From an uncultured Candidatus Saccharibacteria bacterium (lineage in GTDB: Bacteria > Patescibacteriota > Minisyncoccia > Phycocordibacterales > PALSA-1337), in assembly GCA_964358005.1 (NCBI GenBank), contig CAYHNH010000003.1, positions 16,334 through 80,333 of the forward strand: a DNA stretch of 64,000 nucleotides. Reading direction: 5' to 3'. Below are positions 8,869-17,568 of this stretch, one piece after another (positions within the stretch are counted from its first letter, which is position 1; each line of letters starts with the position of its first letter). A program made the translations under genes and the position numbers. Below the pieces are notes generated by a model that searched no databases, was not told the origin of the DNA, and saw nothing but the letters and a program-made list of their open reading frames with translations.

Positions 8869-9306
8869 ATGAAGATATATCACTACAGCTCGCCCTGCAA
8901 TCTACCATTTAGCTTTGCTAGACACCATTGGTTCGTCATCGAGAAGGATGGCAGGCTCTCAAGATGGGAGATTCTCTTTAGGAATAATTCCCGTAAGGCA
9001 GGCTGGGGCCATCTGCATCTAGGCGCATTCAAGCCCTTTCAGGGCATTGAGGTGCTTCCTTTCAGTACCAAATACTCTTGGGGATCCAAGCTCATTGAAT
9101 CTGTCGTCGGTGACAGTCAGGAGATCAGGGACGCGGCTGAACTCATAGAAAATTCTGTCATCACCTACCCGCATAAGGAGAAATACGGGCTGCTCGGACC
9201 TAACAGCAATACGTATGCGCAATGGGTGCTCGATAATTGCCATCTCTTCAAGAAAAAATTGTCCTGGAATTCATTCGGCAAGGGATTCAAGTCAGATAGC
9301 CTGTAA
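8869..9306 (+). CDS. DUF3750-like protein
   Basis: Motifs FARHHWFV, RWEI and Y...GPNSNTYAQW; real start ATG 8869 (the longer ORF runs through tRNA-Ser). Confidence 0.7.
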   Translation: MKIYHYSSPCNLPFSFARHHWFVIEKDGRLSRWEILFRNNSRKAGWGHLHLGAFKPFQGIEVLPFSTKYSWGSKLIESVVGDSQEIRDAAELIENSVITYPHKEKYGLLGPNSNTYAQWVLDNCHLFKKKLSWNSFGKGFKSDSL

Positions 9307-9387
9307 CTATTTTTAGTGTACGTCGTCTTATGACATGCGTGGTTTTTTGAGCGCATTATCAGATTATCAACTAACTAAAACAAACAT

Positions 9388-9564
9388 ATGGATATGCAAA
9401 AATATCTTAGCGGATTGGAGTACCCGGCGACGAAGCAGGACATCGTGGATAAGGCTAACGAGAACGATGCGCCCGATGAGGTCATGAAGAAGATAGACCT
9501 GCTGGATGATAAGGAGTATGCGAGTGCTGCCGACATAGGCAAAGCCAACGGCAAGATGAAATAA
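9388..9564 (+). CDS. DUF2795-like small protein (absent from ORF track)
   Basis: Translated by hand: MDMQKYLSGLEYPATKQDIVDKANENDAPDEVMKKIDLLDDKEYASAADIGKANGKMK (58 aa). Confidence 0.75.
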   Translation: MDMQKYLSGLEYPATKQDIVDKANENDAPDEVMKKIDLLDDKEYASAADIGKANGKMK

Positions 9565-9616
9565 AAAGTGATACAATCCTCCGGTTGGGAGATCGCAGTG
9601 CACTGCCGCATTGCTT

Positions 9617-10120
9617 ATGAAGAAGATCATTCTCGCCGCGATCATAGGCGGCATATTCTTGTGCTTAGGAGTTGGTTATTTCGCGACGAGGCCCGAAGAG
9701 GTTAGGGAGGACAGATACTATAAGGTCGCCTATGTCATAGATGGCGATACTTTTGTCGCTGATGCAGACGGTCGCGATATTACCGTGCGCATGCTCGGCA
9801 TAGACACCCCGGAGACAGTGGATCCTAGCAAGCCGCCGGATTGCTTCGGCAGGGAGGCCTCAAATGCCACGAAAGCCCTATTGAAGGCCAGATCGGTCCA
9901 TTTTGGCATCAATAAGGGCAGGGAATTGAAGGACCGCTATGACAGGTACTTGTTGTATGTTTATCGGGATGATGGTTTGTTTGTGAATGAGTATCTTATC
10001 CGTGAAGGCTTTGCCAGGGAATACACCTTCGGCCGGCCTTATTCGATGCAGGCAGAATTTAGGAGCATGGAATCTAAAGCCAGGAAAGCTCATGTGGGAT
10101 TATGGGGTAAGTGCCAATGA
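9617..10120 (+). CDS. Thermonuclease (SNase) family protein, membrane-anchored
   Basis: VIDGDT, VRMLGIDTPE, DRYDRYLLYV and GLWG motifs. Confidence 0.9.
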   Translation: MKKIILAAIIGGIFLCLGVGYFATRPEEVREDRYYKVAYVIDGDTFVADADGRDITVRMLGIDTPETVDPSKPPDCFGREASNATKALLKARSVHFGINKGRELKDRYDRYLLYVYRDDGLFVNEYLIREGFAREYTFGRPYSMQAEFRSMESKARKAHVGLWGKCQ

Positions 10121-11041
10121 TCACTTCGCGTGCAGATACAGATAGATGTCCTCTACGGCTTTGACAGCGTCGCCGGCGGCGATGTTGTTCTGGTGATAGA
10201 GGCCGTCAGTGCAGTCGCCAGCAGACCAGACTCCATCTAGAGATGCGCGTTGGGTCCTTGCGTCTATCGCTATGCGACCATATGCGTCGAGCTTGATGAT
10301 GTCCTTAGCAAATCCGGTGTTGGGTATCGAGCCTATCTCCACGAATATGCCTGTGACAGGTAGATCGACGTCCTTCTTTGTCTTGGTGTCTGTATAGATG
10401 AGATTCGTGACGAATTTGCCGCCTTTGACCTGCTTTGGCACGGCTCCAAGCACGGCTTTCATCTTGGGATGCTTCAAGACCTTGTCTATGGTCACTTGAT
10501 CGGCTCGGAAATCGCTACGGACCAGGAGGGTAACACTCTTGCAGTAGGCGAGGAGCTGGGCCGCAGCCTCTAGTGCCGCATTGCCTCCACCTATCACAGC
10601 CACATCCTGATCCGCGTAGAGTGGACCGTCGCAGGTGGCGCAGTAGGTGAGACCTTTGTTGTCATATTCCTCGGCTCCCGGTACTTCGAGCTTGCGCCTG
10701 CTCGAGCCTGTCGTGATGAGCACGGTCTTGGCTTCATATGATCCTTTGTCTGATGTCACCTTGAAATGTTCACCCGATCTCACTAGTCCAGTCACTGATT
10801 CGAGCTCCTTTACGTCGATGATGCCCTCGGCGTACGCCTTCAGGTGTTTCTCGAGCTTGTTAGAAAGCTCCAGTCCGGAGATCTTTATATCTCCAATCCA
10901 ATTCTCTATGCCCTCGGATACGGTCGACTGGCCATTCCAGTCCTTGGTTATGAAAACAGTCTTGAGGCGCTTCCTGGCGGCATAAACACCGGCTGCAACG
11001 CCGGCTGGTCCACCACCCAAGATTGCAAGGTCATAGAGCAT
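10121..11041 (-). CDS. trxB: Thioredoxin reductase / AhpF-like FAD-dependent oxidoreductase
   Basis: GGGPAG, CATCDG redox motif, GGGNAA and AGDCT. Confidence 0.85.
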   Translation of the reverse strand: MLYDLAILGGGPAGVAAGVYAARKRLKTVFITKDWNGQSTVSEGIENWIGDIKISGLELSNKLEKHLKAYAEGIIDVKELESVTGLVRSGEHFKVTSDKGSYEAKTVLITTGSSRRKLEVPGAEEYDNKGLTYCATCDGPLYADQDVAVIGGGNAALEAAAQLLAYCKSVTLLVRSDFRADQVTIDKVLKHPKMKAVLGAVPKQVKGGKFVTNLIYTDTKTKKDVDLPVTGIFVEIGSIPNTGFAKDIIKLDAYGRIAIDARTQRASLDGVWSAGDCTDGLYHQNNIAAGDAVKAVEDIYLYLHAK

Positions 11042-11055
11042 TTAAAAAACGTAGG

Positions 11056-12270
11056 TTATTTGAGCCTGGATCTCCTCAAGAATGCCGGAACTGCACCCCA
11101 GTCGTCATCGTCATCGGTCTTAGCCTCCTTCTTGGCTTCGACTGTTGGGCGCTCTGTTTTAACTGCCACGGGTTCGCGTTTTGCATCAACGTTCAGTCCG
11201 TTGTAGATCTTGCCTTTTTCTGGCTTATCAGAGCCCCCCTTCATGATAGCTGCAACAGAAGGCTCAGCGGTGATAGGGGTAGGACGGGACTGTGCGGCTA
11301 TGGCTGCCGGATGGCCTTCGGGGAAGCCTGTGGCGATGACTGTGATCTTGATCTCATTCTTGCGCAGCTTGTCGTTCCTGACGGTACCGAAGATGATCTT
11401 GGCATCAGGGTCAATAGACTCTGTGATGACCTTGGCGGCATCCTGGATCTCGAACATTGTGAGGTCCTCGCCGCCAGCGATGGAGAAAAGGACTCCCTTG
11501 GCACCAGTGATGGAAACGTCGAGGAGTGGGGAATTGATGGCGGCCTTGGCTGCCTCGATAGCGCGATTCTCGCCGGTGGCAGTGCCGATGCCCATGAGCG
11601 CAGAGCCGGCGTTCTCCATGACAGTGCGGATGTCGGCGAAGTCGATATTGACGAGTCCAGGTGTGGTGATGAGGTCTGCTATGCCCTCGACTGCGTGACG
11701 GAGTATGTCATCGCACATGGCGAAAGCGGTCTTGACCGAAGTCGATTTGTCGATGTTTGCGAGAAGGCGGTCGTTCGGGATGACTATGATGGCGTCCACC
11801 TCCTTGCGGAGTTCCTCTAGGCCGGCGTCGGCGATGCGTGTACGCTGTCTGCCCTCAAAGAAGAAAGGCTTCGTAACTACGGCGACAGTGAGACAGCCGA
11901 GCTCCTTGGCGATGCGAGCGACGATGGGGCTAGCGCTCGAACCTGTGCCACCACCCTCGCCACAGGTGATGAAGACCATATCTGCCCCCTTTACCGTCTC
12001 TTGGATCTCGTCGCGAGTCTCTTCGGCGGCGCGTTTGCCCAGATCTGGATTCATGCCAGTGCCGAGGCCGCGAGTTATATTCTTGCCTATGTGTATGCGC
12101 TTCTTGGTGAGAGAACGGTGGAGATCCTGCGCATCGGTGTTGACTACGATGAAATCGACGCCCTTCACCTTGCAGTTGATCATATGATTCACTGCGTTGC
12201 CGCCGGAGCCGCCTACACCGAGGACTTTTATGCGTGCGAAGGCTTCGATGTCTGGCGTTATATTAGGCAT
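11056..12270 (-). CDS. ftsZ: Cell division protein FtsZ
   Basis: GVGGSGGNAV, GGGTGS tubulin motif, NIDFAD and C-terminal VPAFLRR. Confidence 0.97.
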   Translation of the reverse strand: MPNITPDIEAFARIKVLGVGGSGGNAVNHMINCKVKGVDFIVVNTDAQDLHRSLTKKRIHIGKNITRGLGTGMNPDLGKRAAEETRDEIQETVKGADMVFITCGEGGGTGSSASPIVARIAKELGCLTVAVVTKPFFFEGRQRTRIADAGLEELRKEVDAIIVIPNDRLLANIDKSTSVKTAFAMCDDILRHAVEGIADLITTPGLVNIDFADIRTVMENAGSALMGIGTATGENRAIEAAKAAINSPLLDVSITGAKGVLFSIAGGEDLTMFEIQDAAKVITESIDPDAKIIFGTVRNDKLRKNEIKITVIATGFPEGHPAAIAAQSRPTPITAEPSVAAIMKGGSDKPEKGKIYNGLNVDAKREPVAVKTERPTVEAKKEAKTDDDDDWGAVPAFLRRSRLK

Positions 12271-12349
12271 GATGGGGATTAGGTCTGGGCAGGTTTATAG
12301 GGCTCAATCATATCAAGATATCGGTGAAATGCAACCGACGACCGGCGGG

Positions 12350-12898
12350 TCAGTCGGAGAATAGGACCCAGAGCGCTAGTAGTATGACGGCGATCTCGAG
12401 ATAGAAAGTCCACAGCCTTAGGTAGTATTTCCAGATGAATGTCCAGTAGTAGGCAAGCGTGCCTTTTCGTTCGTCTATATTTTCGACAGGGGCCGTATGA
12501 AGATAGAAAGGTTTTTTAGAAAATGGCCACAGCCACATGATGCCGTATTCTATGGAGTCAAATATGAAATGGCTCCAGGATCCGAACAATATGGTCCAGC
12601 CGATGTAGGAAGTGAACTGACTGCCGGCGATATAGCCAGCGAGGACAATGGTCAGGCTAGCCATAAGCCAGACTAGGGGAGCGTGGCTCCAGTACTTCCT
12701 GTGGCTGTCGGCCTTCTGTAGCTTCATCGATCTGTGCTCGAAAAAGAATTTGATGAGATCGAAGTCGGGTCCCTCCGATGCAATGAGTCCGATCACATAT
12801 AGCGCAGTCATCTGCGCTGGCGCGAAGACTGCTCCTCCTATGAATAAAAGAAGCTTCGTTGCCAGAAAGCCTCCTGCTAGGTGACCGGGTAAGACCAT
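12350..12898 (-). CDS. YdjM-like metal-dependent membrane hydrolase
   Basis: M..PGH, PDFD, HRKYWSH, SHFIFD and GIMWLWPF motifs; start ATG 12898. Confidence 0.75.
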   Translation of the reverse strand: MVLPGHLAGGFLATKLLLFIGGAVFAPAQMTALYVIGLIASEGPDFDLIKFFFEHRSMKLQKADSHRKYWSHAPLVWLMASLTIVLAGYIAGSQFTSYIGWTILFGSWSHFIFDSIEYGIMWLWPFSKKPFYLHTAPVENIDERKGTLAYYWTFIWKYYLRLWTFYLEIAVILLALWVLFSD

Positions 12899-12909
12899 GG
12901 CTCTTATCT

Positions 12910-14091
12910 CTAAGGCAAAAACTGCTTGAGCCAGCGGCTGGCGGCTCGCCAAGAATTCTTCATGAACTCCACTGAGGTGTCGATCTCGGGACCTTCCTCG
13001 GCGTGTATGCCCCAGATGCATAGTCCGTAGGCAACGGCCCAGGTGGCGTCTTTGAACGAGGACTTGCCGTCTATGGTGCCGATCGAACCTATGCGGGCGG
13101 GGAGCTTGAGGGCGACTTTCGCCATGGTGTCGAGGGCATTCAGGCTCGAGCCGCCGCCTGTGATGATGACACCGGCCGGCAGGAGGCCATTCCTGCCTAT
13201 CCTCTTCAGGTGTGCCTCTATGAGCTCGAATATGTCGGACATGCGCGCCGACACGATCTCCTCGAGCTTCTTTCTCGGGAAGGAACTGCCGGTTATGGCG
13301 CCGATCTTTATCTGCTCGGCTTCCTCTAGCGGTACGCGCAGGCCAAGGGCGATGTCATTGGTGATGTCGGTCGAACCTATAGGGAAGACCTCAAGCGAGG
13401 TCGGTATATTGTTCTCGAATACAGCGATCGAGACCGTCTCCGCGCCGATGTTCGTTAGCACGCAACCGGCGATCTTTTGGGTCTTGTTCAATGTGACGAA
13501 GCTCGCGGCTATGGGCGCGGCCATGATGTCCTCGACCTCTATACCGGCTTCGTTCACTGCGGCTATGAGGTCGGCGACATGGTGTTCGAGGCAGGTTATA
13601 AAAAGGGTCTTCTTCTCGACCTTGTTGCCCATGAGACCAAGAGGGCTGCCCAGGGATGAGTCTCCGTCGATCTTGAACTCGAGCGGTATGTCATAGATGA
13701 TCCTACGATTGGCTATGGCTGCGCGGGGGATGTCCTTTTCCGACTGTTCCTTGAGTTTTTCTATGTCGAGCGAGGTTATCTCTGCGTCGGCGCGGGAGGT
13801 GACGATCGAGCTCGAAACAACGGTGCTCGCCAAGCCGATGCCGCCGACGGCCACGAAGGCTTTCTTGATCTTGACGCCAGCCTTCTCCTCGGCGGCCGTA
13901 ACGGCCTTCCTGATGCTCTCCGAGACGTCTCTTACGTTGGTCACGTAGCCGTGGCGGAGGCCGCGGGATTCGGCCATGCCGGCGCCGATGACCTTGGGCA
14001 GGCCCCTCTCATTACGCTCACGCGTGTCTACTATGACCGCTTTTACGAAGTTGGTCCCTACGTCGATTCCTGTGATTATATTTCTTGCCAT
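12910..14091 (-). CDS. ftsA: Cell division protein FtsA
   Basis: GIDVGT, SRGLRHG, NIGAETVS, DITNDIA and GVIITGGGS. Confidence 0.95.
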   Translation of the reverse strand: MARNIITGIDVGTNFVKAVIVDTRERNERGLPKVIGAGMAESRGLRHGYVTNVRDVSESIRKAVTAAEEKAGVKIKKAFVAVGGIGLASTVVSSSIVTSRADAEITSLDIEKLKEQSEKDIPRAAIANRRIIYDIPLEFKIDGDSSLGSPLGLMGNKVEKKTLFITCLEHHVADLIAAVNEAGIEVEDIMAAPIAASFVTLNKTQKIAGCVLTNIGAETVSIAVFENNIPTSLEVFPIGSTDITNDIALGLRVPLEEAEQIKIGAITGSSFPRKKLEEIVSARMSDIFELIEAHLKRIGRNGLLPAGVIITGGGSSLNALDTMAKVALKLPARIGSIGTIDGKSSFKDATWAVAYGLCIWGIHAEEGPEIDTSVEFMKNSWRAASRWLKQFLP

Positions 14092-14433
14092 TTAAACCTT
14101 GAACTTACGACGAATCCTAGTCTCTATACGCTCCATTGTACCGCCATGGTCGTGTCCTTTCAAATGCACACAGCCGTGGATAAACAGGAACTTGATAAAA
14201 TTGTCGTACTGGCGGTCGAACTTGATAGCTTCCTTGCGCGCCTCGGAAGGGCAGATGTATATCTCACCTTCTTTCTTGTCGAGAGGGAAGCTCAAGATAT
14301 CTGTAGGCTTGTCCTTGTTGCGGTATATCTTGTTGAGCTTCCTGATCTCCCGTGAGGAAATAAAAGCGACGCTAAGCTCATAATCATGGCCGAGCGCCTC
14401 TTTCTTGATGTCTTTGAATATCCTGGGCACCAT
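14092..14433 (-). CDS. ybeY: rRNA maturation endoribonuclease YbeY (short form)
   Basis: YRNKDKPTDILSF and HGCVHLKGHDH. Confidence 0.9.
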   Translation of the reverse strand: MVPRIFKDIKKEALGHDYELSVAFISSREIRKLNKIYRNKDKPTDILSFPLDKKEGEIYICPSEARKEAIKFDRQYDNFIKFLFIHGCVHLKGHDHGGTMERIETRIRRKFKV

Positions 14434-14438
14434 CGCCT

Positions 14439-14684
14439 CTACCTCCTACCGCGCACCTCAACTGCCGGTGCCTTGCCGAGCTTGATGAGCTCTGCCATGT
14501 CCTTGCGGCGCGTAAGATACTTCAGAGTCTTCATCTTGACCTTGTAGTGGGACTGGACGCGGGAATTGAAACGGAGGCTGCGGACGCGCGGTATGACGCC
14601 GGATGACTGGACTTTGCGGCTAAAACGGCGCAATACGCCGAGGGCGTTCTCGCCAGGATTCCTTGAGATTTCTACGTTTACCAT
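14439..14684 (-). CDS. rpsU: 30S ribosomal protein S21 (divergent)
   Basis: Basic 81-aa protein, V.....E.....LRRFSRKVQSSGVI; start ATG 14684. Confidence 0.7.
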   Translation of the reverse strand: MVNVEISRNPGENALGVLRRFSRKVQSSGVIPRVRSLRFNSRVQSHYKVKMKTLKYLTRRKDMAELIKLGKAPAVEVRGRR

Positions 14685-14740
14685 GGGGAAAATAGTAGCA
14701 CGAGTGCGGATTCTGTGCAAATTAAGGGGCTATTTCGTGA

Positions 14741-16087
14741 CTACTTCGCCCAGAAGTCCCTCTCGGCCTTCTTCATATAATCGGACAGCTTTTCGATGGA
14801 AACAGTTTCCTGCGAATAAGTCTCTACATGGCGCACGATGGCAGTCTTGTCCATAGCCTCTTTCTTGCCGATGACGATGACGTAAGGCGTGTGGTATTTT
14901 TCGATGGTGGAGACCTGCGCACCCAGGCGGTCCTTGGCAAGCGATAGATACAGCGGAATTTTGGCCTGACGCAACTTCTCGACGATGTCGAGGGAGAGCA
15001 GTTTGGACTCTATACCGAGCTGTACGAATGAGGCTATGGGGCGCTTCATCCTCTTCACTATCTCGCGCATACCGTGACCGTTGCCCTTGATGGTGAGAGA
15101 CAGGCCGACACCTTGTATGTCCTTCTTCATACCTAGTCTCTTTGAGAGGCCGTTGTAGCGGACTCCTACGGCCAGAATGTGTTGGTCGGCCTTTGGGGCG
15201 GCTGTATCGGCGTTCACTATGACGAAGATAGTCTCGGTGCAATATGATCGGTTGCCTATGAGAGAATTGTTGATGCTATAGGGGACCTGGAGGGTTTCCA
15301 AGTACTCCAGGACTTCCTCGAGATGCCTGCGGCTCTCCTCGGAGAGGAAGTCCATGGAGCGAGGGGCGTGCTCATTCAGGGTCTTGGCGGCCGAATCGTG
15401 GGAGGTGAGCAACAGGAACGGGTCCTCCTTGAATAGCTGGCGGCACTCGGCTGTCATCTCGTTTATGTTCTTCCTGTAGAACGCCGTGAGCTCGCGGCTC
15501 CATCTAGTCATGGATTCGCGGTCGCCGACGCTGTTTATCTCGACGCGCGTGGTCGCATATCCTTCCTCAGACAGCATGGCGCGCCCTGCCTGGATGAGCG
15601 TAGCCTCGGCTATAGGTCCAGATGCTCCCAGTATCTCCAGGTCGGCATATCTGTGGCAGGTGTTCTTCTTGATCGCGCTCGCTTGCTTGCCGGCCGGCAG
15701 GCGACAAGGGTCCTTGAGATATATCATCACCGGCTGGGGCTTGGAGGCCCAATCGTCGGATTCGTATTTGCGGACCAGGGCGATCTTCTCCTCGACGCGC
15801 AAAGGAAGCCGTCCATGTCTCTCGGTCTCGTCATCGACGAAATCGTCCTCGATTATGTCCTTGGCTGCGTCTAAGTCGCTTTTTTCTATAGCCGGGCTTC
15901 TTGCGGGGGAGAATCCATAGTAGACCGCTGTTTCGCCAATCTTGTCCAGGAAGTCGATGTTCACATACTTGCTGTGGACCGGCGCCTTGATCTCGCGATA
16001 TACGCGCTTCGACTCCTTCAGAGCCTCCGCTTTCATCTCGGCTGGGGTTCTGACTATCTTCTTGTTATTTTGATGTGATTGCTTCAT
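14741..16087 (-). CDS. Histidyl-tRNA synthetase-like protein with degenerate catalytic motifs
   Basis: YGF..., LPLRVE, EINSVGD, GRY-like (GVRYNGL) and C-terminal HGTP anticodon-binding domain (VIVIGKKE). Confidence 0.7.
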   Translation of the reverse strand: MKQSHQNNKKIVRTPAEMKAEALKESKRVYREIKAPVHSKYVNIDFLDKIGETAVYYGFSPARSPAIEKSDLDAAKDIIEDDFVDDETERHGRLPLRVEEKIALVRKYESDDWASKPQPVMIYLKDPCRLPAGKQASAIKKNTCHRYADLEILGASGPIAEATLIQAGRAMLSEEGYATTRVEINSVGDRESMTRWSRELTAFYRKNINEMTAECRQLFKEDPFLLLTSHDSAAKTLNEHAPRSMDFLSEESRRHLEEVLEYLETLQVPYSINNSLIGNRSYCTETIFVIVNADTAAPKADQHILAVGVRYNGLSKRLGMKKDIQGVGLSLTIKGNGHGMREIVKRMKRPIASFVQLGIESKLLSLDIVEKLRQAKIPLYLSLAKDRLGAQVSTIEKYHTPYVIVIGKKEAMDKTAIVRHVETYSQETVSIEKLSDYMKKAERDFWAK

Positions 16088-16694
16088 GGTATTGTCCCGG
16101 CAATAATGAGATGGCTGTTAATGGCGTCAAACGTATGACTGGCTTGCCGATGATGAAATGCGCATCGAGCGACCCCCAATTGCGCGAATCAGAGCTCTCG
16201 GCGCGATTGTCTCCCATGACTATGTACTGGCCCGGGCCGAGAGGCTGTTTGTCCTCCGGAAAGACGCCAGTGTCGTGCGATCTGTGATATGCCTCCACGT
16301 AGGGTTCATCCAGAATGTGCTTGTCGGTGGATGAGGCGGACTCTATGGTCACCTTACCATCGGTCATACGGACCCTCTCCCCGGGGAGGCCGATGATGCG
16401 CTTTATGTAATACACGCTAGGGTTACCAGGATATTCGAAGACGATGACATCGCCTCTCTTGGGCGGGGCGAACCTGTAGGTCAGCCTGTCGACGATCAGG
16501 AATTGTCCTGTCGAGAAGGTGGGGTCCATGGATGGCCCATTCACTATGAATGGCTCGGCTACATAGAATCTTATGGGTATGGCGATGATGAAAGCGATCA
16601 CTATGACCCTGACCCATTCTCTGACGCCTTTCCAGAAGGCTTTGCGGTGAATCTCTAGGTCGGCATTAGGCTTTATGCTTTCCTCAGAATTCAT
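16065..16694 (-). CDS. lepB: Signal peptidase I
   Basis: GPSMDPT, RGDVIVF, YIKRIIGLPG and GDNRAESSDSR. Confidence 0.95.
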   Translation of the reverse strand: MNSEESIKPNADLEIHRKAFWKGVREWVRVIVIAFIIAIPIRFYVAEPFIVNGPSMDPTFSTGQFLIVDRLTYRFAPPKRGDVIVFEYPGNPSVYYIKRIIGLPGERVRMTDGKVTIESASSTDKHILDEPYVEAYHRSHDTGVFPEDKQPLGPGQYIVMGDNRAESSDSRNWGSLDAHFIIGKPVIRLTPLTAISLLPGQYHEAITSK

Positions 16695-16773
16695 GTTAGG
16701 GCCTATTCTACTCGGTTTTTTGGCCTATTGCAAGCTTGTGCAGTTTGAGGGTTTTTTTTGCTATACTTCCGCC

Positions 16774-17370
16774 ATGAAATATATAATCGTCGGATTAGGC
16801 AACCCGGGAGAGGAGTATGCTCTTACCCGACATAACACCGGTAGGATCATCCTCGATCGCATCCGCGAGGAGCTCGAGGGTGATGATTTCGTCTTCGACA
16901 AGAAGCTGAACGCGGAGACTTCGGAGGTTAAGATCGGCAAGGAGAAGGTTTTGCTCGTAGCTCCGGACACATTCATGAATAATTCGGGCAAGGCCGTCGC
17001 ATCGCTGGTCAAGTCGAAGAAGGCCGCCGAAGGGATGCTGATCATATACGATGATTTTCAGTTACCGATAGGGAGGATGAAGATTTCATATGACAAGTCG
17101 AGTGGCGGGCACAACGGGCTCGAGTCCGTGATCAAGGCTGTGAAAACGGAGGCTTTCCCGAGGTTGCGTGTCGGCACGGCGCCGGCGACCGCGAAGGGTG
17201 CGGCGAAGATCCCTCACGGAGAAGAGAAGGTCTTGAAGCTCATACTGGGTAAGTTCAGGGATGAGGAGATGAAGGTCATAAAGAAGCTTGGAAAGCGGGC
17301 TGCCGAGGGTGTCGAGATTTTTGTTAAGGATGGCAGGGAGAAGGCGACTGGAGTGGTGAATGCAGGGTAG
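16774..17370 (+). CDS. pth: Peptidyl-tRNA hydrolase
   Basis: VGLGNPG, TRHNTG, FMNNSG and GGHNGL; start ATG 16774. Confidence 0.95.
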   Translation: MKYIIVGLGNPGEEYALTRHNTGRIILDRIREELEGDDFVFDKKLNAETSEVKIGKEKVLLVAPDTFMNNSGKAVASLVKSKKAAEGMLIIYDDFQLPIGRMKISYDKSSGGHNGLESVIKAVKTEAFPRLRVGTAPATAKGAAKIPHGEEKVLKLILGKFRDEEMKVIKKLGKRAAEGVEIFVKDGREKATGVVNAG

Positions 17371-17568
17371 TGACGCTGGTGCGAAGTATTGTCTAGTTGA
17401 ATAGGCACCTCAAGGAGAAGAAGTAGTTCATCTTAGGTACCTATGCATTTTGGGACAGATTTTGTCTCAAAACCTATAGGTATGGTGGTACCGATGATAG
17501 TTCTCTAACAAAAAGGCCGGCACCTTGCCATGTCTGGCCGATGCCGGATCCCTCTTGTTTGTGAGTGA

